Of a stretch of 42,291 bases of DNA, positions 18,747 to 30,302 are shown piece after piece; positions within the stretch are counted from its first letter, which is position 1; every line of letters begins with the position of its first letter. A program made the position numbers and the translations under genes. The notes below the pieces were generated by a model. That model searched no databases. It had not been told where the DNA came from and saw only the letters and a list, made by a program, of their open reading frames with translations. The stretch is from Myxococcota bacterium (lineage in GTDB: Bacteria; Myxococcota; Myxococcia; Myxococcales; Myxococcaceae), in the NCBI GenBank assembly GCA_049322255.1, contig JBMORE010000004.1, positions 1 through 42,291 on the forward strand, read 5' to 3'.

Positions 18747-20117
18747 ATGGGTGAAGAGGGCTTCGTCATCCGCAGCACCCGTGTGCTCACCCCCACCGGG
18801 CTTTGGGACGGCGCGGTGGTGGTGCGCGGAGAGAAAATCGCCGCGGTGGTCGCGCCGGGAGCGCTTCCCGCAGGGCTCCCCGTGCTCGACGTGGGGAAGA
18901 AGGTGGTGACGCCCGGGGTGGTCGATTGCCACGCGCACATCAACGAGCCGGGGCGCACCGAGTGGGAGGGCTTCGAAACCGCCACGCGCGCGGCGGCTGC
19001 CGGCGGTATCACCACCGTGGTGGACATGCCGCTCAACTCGATTCCGCCCACCACCACCGTGGAGGGCTTGCGCGCCAAGGCCCGGGCGGCGGAAGGTCGC
19101 TGCGCCATCGACTACGGCTTCTGGGGCGGAGTGGTGCCCAAAAACCTCCTCGAGCTCGACGGCCTCGCCGACGAAGGCGTCACCGGCTTCAAGTGTTTTT
19201 TGATCGAGTCGGGAGTGGAGGAGTTCCCCCACGTGCAGCGGGAGCACCTTCAGCGGGCGATGCCTCTTCTCGCCCACCGGCGACTGCCGCTCATCGTCCA
19301 CGCCGAGCTGGAGCACGCGAAGGCGCCCGCTTCGACCGACCCGCGGCGCTACGCCGGCTACCTCGCCTCGCGCCCCAAAAGCTGGGAAAACGAAGCGGTG
19401 CGAATGATGGTGGAACTGTGCCGCGCCACCCGCTGCGCGGTGCACATCGTTCACCTGTCTTCAGCCGACGCCCTGGCCGACCTCGCCGCCGCGCGGAGCG
19501 AAGGGTTGCCGGTGACGGCGGAGACCTGCCCGCACTACCTCACCTTCGCCGCCGAGGAGATTGCCGACGGCGCCACCCACTTCAAGTGCGCTCCGCCGAT
19601 TCGCGAGGCGGAGAACCGCGAACGGCTTTGGCGCGGCCTGACCGAGGGGCGAATCGACCTCGTCGTCTCCGACCACTCCCCCTGCACCCCGGCGCTGAAG
19701 AAGCTCGAAGAGGGCGCCTTCCCCGACGCCTGGGGCGGAATCTCCTCGCTGCAGCTCAGCCTCTCCGCGGTGTGGACCGGCATGCGCCAGCGCGGCCTGG
19801 AGCTTTCGAAGCTCGCCCGGTGGATGTGTGAAGCGCCGGCGTGGCTGGCCGGCCTGTCGCAGAAGGGCGCCATCGCCCCCGGCCGGGACGCGGACTTGGT
19901 GGTGTTCGACCCCGAGGCGGGCTTCGCCGTCGAGCCGGCGATGATTCAGCACCGCCACCGGTTGACTCCGTACGAAGGCCGTCTGCTCTTCGGCCGGGTG
20001 GAGACGACCTTCTTGCGGGGAAGGAAAATCTTCGAGCGCGGCCATCTGATAGGCCGCCCCTCGGGGCGGCGCCTTCGACGCCCTTTGCGCATGAGAGGCA
20101 GCGATGCACACCCCTGA
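18747..20117 (+). CDS. allB: Allantoinase
   Basis: DCHAHINEPGRTEWEGF, DMPLNSIP, GFKCF, ETCPHYL, KCAPPIR, SDHSP and AWGGISSLQ. Confidence 0.95.
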   Translation: MGEEGFVIRSTRVLTPTGLWDGAVVVRGEKIAAVVAPGALPAGLPVLDVGKKVVTPGVVDCHAHINEPGRTEWEGFETATRAAAAGGITTVVDMPLNSIPPTTTVEGLRAKARAAEGRCAIDYGFWGGVVPKNLLELDGLADEGVTGFKCFLIESGVEEFPHVQREHLQRAMPLLAHRRLPLIVHAELEHAKAPASTDPRRYAGYLASRPKSWENEAVRMMVELCRATRCAVHIVHLSSADALADLAAARSEGLPVTAETCPHYLTFAAEEIADGATHFKCAPPIREAENRERLWRGLTEGRIDLVVSDHSPCTPALKKLEEGAFPDAWGGISSLQLSLSAVWTGMRQRGLELSKLARWMCEAPAWLAGLSQKGAIAPGRDADLVVFDPEAGFAVEPAMIQHRHRLTPYEGRLLFGRVETTFLRGRKIFERGHLIGRPSGRRLRRPLRMRGSDAHP

Positions 20118-21126
20118 GGAAACAAAAGTACACGTCGGCTTCGCCGAGCTGCTCGACCTGGCGGCGGAGAAGGTCGGCGGGCGGGCGCTGCTCGCCAACG
20201 ACGAGTTCTTCGCTCCCAAGGAAAATCTACTCAAGCCGGGGCGCGGGGTGTTCATCCCTGACAAGTTCACTGAGTTCGGCAAGTGGATGGACGGCTGGGA
20301 GACCCGCCGCCGTCGTACATCTGGCTTCGACTGGTGCATCGTCCAGCTCGGCCTGCCCGGGGTGATTCGGGGCCTCGACGTCGACACCAACCACTTCCTG
20401 GGCAACTTCCCCGAGCACTGCTCGTTGGACGCGGCAGAGGTCGAGGGAGCGCTGGCGCCCGAGAAGCTCGCGCAGGACGCCTCCAAGTGGACCGAGCTGC
20501 TCCCGCGAACGAAGCTGCAGGGCGGCTCGCGCAACCTCTTCGCCATCAGCAGCGAGCGCCGCTGGACGCACGTGCGTTTGAACATCTACCCCGACGGAGG
20601 AGTGGCGCGCTTGCGCGTGCACGGTGAGGTGAAGCCCGACGTCGCCACGCTGCGCGCCTACGCGTCGATTGACCTCGCCGCGGCACAACACGGAGGCACG
20701 GTGGCGGCGGCGAACGACGCCTTCTTCGGCCCCAAGGACAACCTCCTTCTCCCCGGCCGTGCCGCCACCATGGGCGAGGGCTGGGAGACGCGCCGCAAGC
20801 GCGTGCCCGGGTTCGATTGGATCGTGGTCAAGCTCGCCGTGCCTGGCTCGCTGCAAAAAATCGAGGTGGACACCAACCACTTCAAAGGGAACTACCCGGA
20901 GAGCTGCTCGCTGGAAGGCCTGTACTCGAAGGAGCCGTTCATCGACTTCGTCAACCAGCAGAATCTGCCGTGGAAGGAAATCCTCCCGCGCACCCCACTG
21001 CAGGCGCACACCCAGCATTTCTTCGACAAAGAAATCCGCGCCGCGGGCCCCTTCACCCATGTGCGCTTGAACATCTTCCCCGACGGGGGCGTGAGCCGGC
21101 TGCGGCTGCACGGCACGCCCGAATGA
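20104..21126 (+). CDS. alc: Allantoicase
   Basis: Two repeats, each with (D/E)GWETRR, VDTNHFxGNxP and HVRLNIxPDGGVxRLRxHG. Confidence 0.95.
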   Translation: MHTPEETKVHVGFAELLDLAAEKVGGRALLANDEFFAPKENLLKPGRGVFIPDKFTEFGKWMDGWETRRRRTSGFDWCIVQLGLPGVIRGLDVDTNHFLGNFPEHCSLDAAEVEGALAPEKLAQDASKWTELLPRTKLQGGSRNLFAISSERRWTHVRLNIYPDGGVARLRVHGEVKPDVATLRAYASIDLAAAQHGGTVAAANDAFFGPKDNLLLPGRAATMGEGWETRRKRVPGFDWIVVKLAVPGSLQKIEVDTNHFKGNYPESCSLEGLYSKEPFIDFVNQQNLPWKEILPRTPLQAHTQHFFDKEIRAAGPFTHVRLNIFPDGGVSRLRLHGTPE

Positions 21127-21629
21127 CCCTGGCGCAGCTCAACGCGCTCACCTTCGAAGACGCGGCCGCCGAGCTGCAGCGTTGTTGTGGCTCGCGCCAG
21201 TGGGCGGAAGGGGTGGCGCGCGCCCGCCCTTTTCGCGACGAAGAGCACCTGTACACCGAGGCGGCTCGCCGATGGGAAAAGGCCGGCCCCGCAGATTGGC
21301 ACGAGGCCTTCTCGCACCACCCACGCATCGGCGACGTGTCGAAGCTACGCGAACGCTTCGCCCAAACCGCGAGCTGGTCTTCCCAGGAGCAGCAGGGCGT
21401 TTCCGCCGCGTCGGAAGAGACGCTGCGGGAGCTCGCCGAAGGCAACGGCGCCTACGAAGAGAAGTTCGGCCACCTCTTCCTGGTCTGCGCCACGGGCAAA
21501 AGCGCCGCCGAGCTGCTCGCCCTCCTGCGCGAGCGGATGAACAACGCTCCCGACCACGAGCTGCGCGTAGCTTGTGCCGAGCAGGCAAAAATCACCCGTA
21601 TCCGACTGGAGAAGCTCCTTTCTTCATGA
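21123..21629 (+). CDS. uraD: OHCU decarboxylase
   Basis: CCGS, EAFSHHPRIG, SSQEQQGV, YEEKFG.FLVCATG and EQAKITRIRL. ATGA overlap with alc. Confidence 0.95.
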   Translation: MTLAQLNALTFEDAAAELQRCCGSRQWAEGVARARPFRDEEHLYTEAARRWEKAGPADWHEAFSHHPRIGDVSKLRERFAQTASWSSQEQQGVSAASEETLRELAEGNGAYEEKFGHLFLVCATGKSAAELLALLRERMNNAPDHELRVACAEQAKITRIRLEKLLSS

Positions 21630-21961
21630 GCACTCTTTCCACCCACGTTCTCGACACCAGCACCGGCCGTCCCGCGGCGGGTCTCTCTCTTCGGCTCGAA
21701 GCCCGCGAAGGCCAGGGCTGGAAGGAGCTGGGACGCGGCCAAACCAACGCCGACGGGCGCTTGAAAGACCTCGCTCCCGGCCCGCTCCCGCCCGGGGTGT
21801 ACCGGCTCACCTTCGACACCGCCGGCTACTTCCGCGCGCAAGGTAAGCAAGGCTTCTACCCGGAGGTGACGGTGATGTTCGACATCGCCGCCGCCAACGA
21901 GCACTACCACGTGCCGCTTTTGCTCAGCCCATATGGCTTTTCCACCTACCGCGGCAGCTGA
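21626..21961 (+). CDS. uraH: 5-hydroxyisourate hydrolase
   Basis: LSTHVLDTSTGRPA, TNADGR, FYPEV, HYHVPLLLSP and C-terminal YRGS. Confidence 0.96.
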   Translation: MSTLSTHVLDTSTGRPAAGLSLRLEAREGQGWKELGRGQTNADGRLKDLAPGPLPPGVYRLTFDTAGYFRAQGKQGFYPEVTVMFDIAAANEHYHVPLLLSPYGFSTYRGS

Positions 21962-21971
21962 AGGAATCTCC

Positions 21972-23324
21972 ATGAAGACCACCCTCACCAACGGCCAAAT
22001 CGCTCCCATCCGTTCGGCGCTGAAGAAGGCGAACACCGCCTTCCTCAAGGCCTACCCGGGAGACCCCGTTCGCCGCCAGCCGGTGCACACCGTGTACGGC
22101 GGGGCGCAGTTGTTCGACGCGCAGACGGTGCAGAAGATGGGTGAGGTCGCGCTGCGCACGATGGAGGAGTACGCCCCTAGCGCCGCCACCCTCGCCCAGG
22201 CGCTCGGGCTACCGACCGCCCACGGCTTCGCCGAAAAGGTACACGCGCGGGTCGTTGCCAAGCTCCGGCGCGAGGCGGTGGAAGATTTCCGCATCGACTT
22301 CGAGGACGGTTACGGCAACCGCCCCGACGCGGAGGAGGACGGGCACGCTGTCTTCACCGCCGAAGAGGTCGCCAAGGGAATGGCCAAGGGCACCCTGTCG
22401 CCCTTCATCGGCATTCGCATCAAACAGTTCAGCGAGGAGCTCTTCCCCCGCAGCGCGCGCACCACCGACCTCTTCGTCACCACCCTCTTGCAACGCAGCG
22501 AGGGTCGGCTGCCGGAGAATTTTTTCATCACCTTGCCGAAGGTGACCATCCCCGAGCAGGTGGAGGCGCTCGACGCGCTCCTTTCGACGTTGGAGTCGAG
22601 GCACAAGCTGAAGAAGGGGTCGCTCAAGGTCGAGCTGATGGTGGAGACACCGCAGTCGATCATCGGGTGCAAGGGGCAGCTGGCGCTGCCGGAGCTGGTC
22701 GCCGCCGGCAACGGCCGGGTGGTCGCCGCGCACTTCGGGACTTACGACTACACCGCCTCCTGCAACATCACCGCCGCCTTTCAGACGATGGATCATCCGG
22801 CCTGCGACTTCGCCAAGCACGTGATGCAAGTCTCGCTCGCCGGCTCCGGGGTGATGCTCTCCGACGGCGCCACCAACGTGATGCCCGTCGGACCGCACAA
22901 AGCCCCCAAGGGCGGCACGCTCACTGAGGCGCAAAGGGCCGAGAACCGCGAGGTGGTGCACCGCGCCTGGCGGTTGAGCTACCGGCACATTCGCCACTCG
23001 TTGGAGGGCGCTTTTTACCAGGGGTGGGACTTGCACCCCGCGCAGCTGCCGGTGCGTTACGCCACGCTCTATGCCTTCTTCCTCGAGGGCGCCGAAGCGG
23101 CGAGCGCGCGGCTGAAGAACTTCGTAGAGAAGGCGGCGCAGGCGACGCTGGTGGGAGACGTCTTCGACGACGCCGCCACCGGCCAGGGCCTGCTCAACTA
23201 CTTCCTCCGCGGAATCGCCTGTGGAGCCATCACCGAGGCCGAGGCGGGCGCAACCGGGCTGTCGCTGGAAGAAATTCGCGGCCGCTCCTTCCTCAAGATT
23301 CTCGAGGCGCGGCGAAACCGCTGA
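21972..23324 (+). CDS. Uncharacterised CitE/HpcH/malate-synthase-fold enzyme (DUF6986-like)
   Basis: RQPVHTVYGGA, RIDFEDGYG, TLPKV, MVETPQ, HFGTYDY, LSDGATN and QGWDLHPAQ parallel CitE/malyl-CoA lyase motifs. AAGGA RBS. The family name is from recall. Confidence 0.75.
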   Translation: MKTTLTNGQIAPIRSALKKANTAFLKAYPGDPVRRQPVHTVYGGAQLFDAQTVQKMGEVALRTMEEYAPSAATLAQALGLPTAHGFAEKVHARVVAKLRREAVEDFRIDFEDGYGNRPDAEEDGHAVFTAEEVAKGMAKGTLSPFIGIRIKQFSEELFPRSARTTDLFVTTLLQRSEGRLPENFFITLPKVTIPEQVEALDALLSTLESRHKLKKGSLKVELMVETPQSIIGCKGQLALPELVAAGNGRVVAAHFGTYDYTASCNITAAFQTMDHPACDFAKHVMQVSLAGSGVMLSDGATNVMPVGPHKAPKGGTLTEAQRAENREVVHRAWRLSYRHIRHSLEGAFYQGWDLHPAQLPVRYATLYAFFLEGAEAASARLKNFVEKAAQATLVGDVFDDAATGQGLLNYFLRGIACGAITEAEAGATGLSLEEIRGRSFLKILEARRNR

Positions 23325-23356
23325 CCTTCGCCGCCGTCAGTCGTTAGATCGGCTTC

Positions 23357-24481
23357 ATGCCGCGGCGCCGCGTCAGCCACTGGCTTCTCGCCTTCTTTGT
23401 CAGCCTGTTGCTGCACGCCGTTGTCGCGTGGTGGCTGTGGCGTCGCGCGCCACAGCGCTCGCCGACACCTTCTCGCCCGGTGGAGATTCAGCTCGTCGAG
23501 GTGGCGCCCTCGCTCCCGCCGGCTCCGGCACCGCCAACACAGCTCACGCCATCAGCCCCCAGCCTTCGCCCCGGGAGCCGCGCGACTCCACCAGCGATAT
23601 CGGAGTCGCCGCCTTCCTCCGACGCTCCCTCACTCGACGTGCCCCTCGCGCTTACTCCGCCTGCACTCACGCTGGTGCCCGGGAATCTGCCTGGGACGAT
23701 GGCAGTGCCCAGCGAAGACCTGACCCAGCGCCTCGAGCCTCCGCCCCGAGGCCCGCAGGCACCTCCGGCCGCCGGCAACCCCAAGGAGCTGATGGACAGG
23801 CTGGTGCAAGAGTCGGTGGGCAGAGGAAAAGTCGACCGCGGCCTGGTGCACCCTTACTTCATCGATTTGGGAAAGACGCTGGTGAAGACCTGGGACGCCG
23901 ACCGCTCCGTCTCCGCCCGAGGGCTCCAAGGCTTCGCCGAGCAGTTTCAAAAGAACTCCAAGCTGTGGGCCAACATCTGGCAGGAGCGCGCTACCTCGTA
24001 CGGCCGCACGGGCTCTCCGCTGGAACAGGACGGCGAACGCATCGACCTGCCCCAGCGGCCGGCGGCAGCCAGCGATCGACCGCATCTGCAGATCCCCGAC
24101 CTCGCCGCCCGCCAAGCGCTGCGTAAGCTCAACCGCGAGCAGTGGAAGGCCACCCGCCGCGCGACGCTGCGGGTGGTGCAAGGCAAGGACGGCCGATTGC
24201 TGTCGGTGGAGTTGGTCGCTCCCTCCAATGATCCCCATGTGGACCGAGAGGCGCTGATCGACATCCGCGCCGCCGCGGAGCGACTCCCTCCCCCACCGCC
24301 GGATGCGATTGGCACCCGCGAGCATCTGACCAGCCTGTGGCAGTTCGAGCTCATCGTCTCCATCACTCCGCCTATCCCCTCCTTCACCTTCGAGTTCGAC
24401 GAAGCGCTCGGGTATGTAGACACGCGGCTTCCCTTGGATCGGCGCCTCTATAAACGCGTGCGCCTAGTCGCGGTGGAGTGA
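23357..24481 (+). CDS. TonB-like protein
   Basis: N-terminal TM with SLLLH, Pro-rich linker and a C-terminal TonB_C-like segment (DGRLLSVELVAPSNDPHVDREAL...LPPPP). Confidence 0.65.
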   Translation: MPRRRVSHWLLAFFVSLLLHAVVAWWLWRRAPQRSPTPSRPVEIQLVEVAPSLPPAPAPPTQLTPSAPSLRPGSRATPPAISESPPSSDAPSLDVPLALTPPALTLVPGNLPGTMAVPSEDLTQRLEPPPRGPQAPPAAGNPKELMDRLVQESVGRGKVDRGLVHPYFIDLGKTLVKTWDADRSVSARGLQGFAEQFQKNSKLWANIWQERATSYGRTGSPLEQDGERIDLPQRPAAASDRPHLQIPDLAARQALRKLNREQWKATRRATLRVVQGKDGRLLSVELVAPSNDPHVDREALIDIRAAAERLPPPPPDAIGTREHLTSLWQFELIVSITPPIPSFTFEFDEALGYVDTRLPLDRRLYKRVRLVAVE

Positions 24482-24628
24482 CCCGTCCGGTCGAGCCCTG
24501 ACGCGGAGCGTCACCAGCCTGGAAAAAACTCTTTCCTGAATACGGTCGTGGACTGGCCCGTCGGGCGAGAGTTCTGATGTACTCCGGCGAGGCGACAGGC
24601 ACGACCGTCTGACAAAGGGGAGATCCAA

Positions 24629-27709
<3,081 letters not shown>

Positions 27710-27721
27710 CCGTTGCACTCG

Positions 27722-28669
27722 ATGTCTCGGCCGCGCCCCAATGAGCCCTGCTGGTGTGGCAGCGGGGCCAAGTACAAGAAGTGCCACCGTGAAGAGGACG
27801 AGCGGGCCCACCGACCGGCGCCGGTGGTGCGTGTGCGGCCAGGCCGGGTCAGCCCCCGGCGCACCGTGCCGGCGACGATTCCGCGCCCTGACTACGCCGA
27901 GAGCGGCGTTCCCGGGCTGGGTTTTCTACAGGAGCCCTCGTCTCGCCTGCCGCGCATGCGCCGTGCCTGCCGCGCCGCCGCCGAAATCCTGCGCGAGCTG
28001 GGGCAAAAAATCGCGCCGGGAGTGACGACCGACGAGCTCGACGAGCTGTGCCACCAGGCGTACATCGCCCGGGGCGGCTTTCCCTCCACCCTCAACTACC
28101 GCGGTTTTCCCAAGTCGCTGTGCACCTCGGTGAACGAGGTGGTGCTGCACGGCATCCCCGACAGCCGGCCTTTGGAGAAGGGAGACATCGTCAACCTGGA
28201 CGTCACCATCTACCTCGACGGCATGCACGGTGACTGCTCGGCCACCTTCGCGGTGGGGGCCGTGGACGCCGACTCCCAGCGGCTGATGAGGGTGACCCAG
28301 GAGTGCCTGCAGCTGGGCATCGAGGCGGTCAAGCCCGGGCGCCCCTTGCGAGCCATTGGAGCGGCGATTGAAGCCCACGCCAAGAAGACCGGCATGGGGG
28401 TGGTGCGCGAGTTTTGCGGCCACGGCATCGGCGAGGTGTTTCACGCCGACCCGCAGATTTGTCACTACGACGACCCCGACGCGACCCAGCCGATGGAAGA
28501 GGGAATGCTCTTCACCATCGAGCCGATGATTACCTTGGGCTCCCCGGAGCTACAGCTGTGGGATGACGGCTGGACGGTGGTGACCGCCGACGGCCGGCGT
28601 TCGGCGCAGTACGAGCACACCGTGCTGGTGACCCGCGAGGGCGCCGAGCTGCTCACCCGGCTGGAGTGA
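27722..28669 (+). CDS. map: Type I methionine aminopeptidase with N-terminal SEC-C motif
   Basis: CWCGSGAKYKKCH, FPKSLCTSVNEVVLHGIP, DVT...HGD, GHGIG, TIEPMI and SAQYEHT. Confidence 0.95.
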   Translation: MSRPRPNEPCWCGSGAKYKKCHREEDERAHRPAPVVRVRPGRVSPRRTVPATIPRPDYAESGVPGLGFLQEPSSRLPRMRRACRAAAEILRELGQKIAPGVTTDELDELCHQAYIARGGFPSTLNYRGFPKSLCTSVNEVVLHGIPDSRPLEKGDIVNLDVTIYLDGMHGDCSATFAVGAVDADSQRLMRVTQECLQLGIEAVKPGRPLRAIGAAIEAHAKKTGMGVVREFCGHGIGEVFHADPQICHYDDPDATQPMEEGMLFTIEPMITLGSPELQLWDDGWTVVTADGRRSAQYEHTVLVTREGAELLTRLE

Positions 28670-28700
28670 GAGACGCGTCGCTACCGAGAGGGGAGCGCAG

Positions 28701-29576
28701 GTGATAAACCTGCCGCCCATGGTGGAGGTCGAGCTCGCTCAGAGCCTTTCTCACGCGCTCGAGTTGCTCGCGAGTGCCGACCCCCAGGTGCGTCCGGTTG
28801 CCGGCGCTACCGACGTCGTCTTGCGGCTCCACGGAGGCCGCTTGAAGGCACAAAAACTCGTCTCCATTGCCGACCTGCCCGAGCTGCAATGGGTCCGCCC
28901 CGAGAAAGAAGGGATTCGCTTCGGCGCCGGCACCTACCTCTCCGACCTCATGCGCCACCCAGAGCTCGCCGCCGAGTTTCCCGGCGCGGTGGAGTCGGCC
29001 CGGCAGTTCGCCAGCCCGCAAATCCGCAACCGGGCCACTGTGGGCGGAAACATCGGCAACGCCTCTCCCGCGGCCGACATGGTGCCGCCGCTCATCTCCT
29101 TCGGGGCCCAAGTGACGCTGACGTCGGCGAAGCGGGGCGCGCGCACCCTGCCCCTGGAGGAGGTCTTCCTCGGCTTCGGCAAAACCGTGGTGCAGCCCGA
29201 CGAGCTCATCACCGAGGTGTTCGTCCCCCGACGGCGCCACTGCTTCCAGGCGTTCGCCAAGTTCGGCAGCCGCTCGGCCAACGTCATCGCGGTGGTGAAC
29301 ATGGCGCTGTGTCTCGAGCTGAAAGACGGCGTCATCGCCTCGGCTCGGGCGGCGTATGGTTCGGTGGCGCCCAAACCATTGCGCGCGCTGAAGGTGGAGC
29401 AATTCCTCTCCGGCCAGACGCTCTCCGAGAAGCTGGTGGAGGAGGTGCGCGAGGTGGTGCGCTCCGAGGTGACTCCCATCGACGACGTGCGCGGGAGCAA
29501 GCGTTACAAACAGCGGCTCGTGGTGAACGCCACGCAGGACGCGCTGCGGCGAGCGATGACGGGAGCGCGCGCATGA
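28701..29576 (+). CDS. Xanthine dehydrogenase family FAD-binding subunit
   Basis: AGATD, ASPQIRNRATVGGNIGNASPAAD and PIDDVRGS. Confidence 0.93.
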   Translation: MINLPPMVEVELAQSLSHALELLASADPQVRPVAGATDVVLRLHGGRLKAQKLVSIADLPELQWVRPEKEGIRFGAGTYLSDLMRHPELAAEFPGAVESARQFASPQIRNRATVGGNIGNASPAADMVPPLISFGAQVTLTSAKRGARTLPLEEVFLGFGKTVVQPDELITEVFVPRRRHCFQAFAKFGSRSANVIAVVNMALCLELKDGVIASARAAYGSVAPKPLRALKVEQFLSGQTLSEKLVEEVREVVRSEVTPIDDVRGSKRYKQRLVVNATQDALRRAMTGARA

Positions 29577-30037
29577 CCCACGAAGAGCTCGCCCTCGAGG
29601 TGAACGGCCAGAAACGCAACGGGGTATTCCTCAAGGGAGCCCGGCTGCTCGACGCCTTGCGCGCGCTCGGGTACACGGGGACGAAGGAGGGCTGCGGCGA
29701 GGGAGAGTGCGGCGCCTGCACGGTGCTGCTCGACGGCCGGCCGGTGAACTCCTGCGTCGTCTATGCCAAGCAGGCGGTGGGTCGGCCGGTGCGCACGGTG
29801 GAGGGAATGGGCGCGGGGCACCTCGACGGGTTGCACCCTTTTCAAAAAGCAATGGTCGAGGCCGGCGGCGTGCAGTGCGGCTTTTGTACCCCCGGGTTCA
29901 TCGTCACCGGGTGCCACCATCTCGACAGCGAGGGGTCCCTCGCCGACGTCGACATCAAGCAAGCCCTCTCTGGCAACCTGTGCCGCTGCACCGGCTATGC
30001 GAAAATCATCGAAGCGGTGAAGCGGGCGGCGACGTAA
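29573..30037 (+). CDS. Xanthine dehydrogenase family 2Fe-2S subunit
   Basis: GTKEGCGEGECGAC..NSC, QCGFCTPG and GNLCRCTGY. ATGA overlap with the FAD subunit. Confidence 0.95.
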   Translation: MTHEELALEVNGQKRNGVFLKGARLLDALRALGYTGTKEGCGEGECGACTVLLDGRPVNSCVVYAKQAVGRPVRTVEGMGAGHLDGLHPFQKAMVEAGGVQCGFCTPGFIVTGCHHLDSEGSLADVDIKQALSGNLCRCTGYAKIIEAVKRAAT

Positions 30038-30302
30038 GCGGAAGGACTCGCCTGGTTACCCCAATTGGGGGCCTGCCCTACCCTCTCGGAGGCAGAATGC
30101 TGCGCCAGAGGCTCCGCAGCCGACCGATCCGGTAGGAGTCGAGGGAGGGACCGACCTGCGACAACAACGAGTCCTGGTCTCGAACCCAGTAGCTTCCTGG
30201 GGTGAGTAGCTCCTCCGGGGTGAGCACTTCGATTTTCCCACCCTCGGTGACGATACTGCCAACGATTGCGCCCCGCGCGCCGGCGGAGCTAAGCACTGCG
30301 AC

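Noticed and set aside
24597..24614. GGCACG upstream of the large lipoprotein as a sigma54 promoter
   Set aside because: No GC dinucleotide at the required -12 position.
30160..30200. GGGTTCGAGACC on the minus strand as a tRNA T-arm or tRNA-Sec
   Set aside because: The 5-bp T-stem does not pair properly, and no acceptor or anticodon arms could be built.
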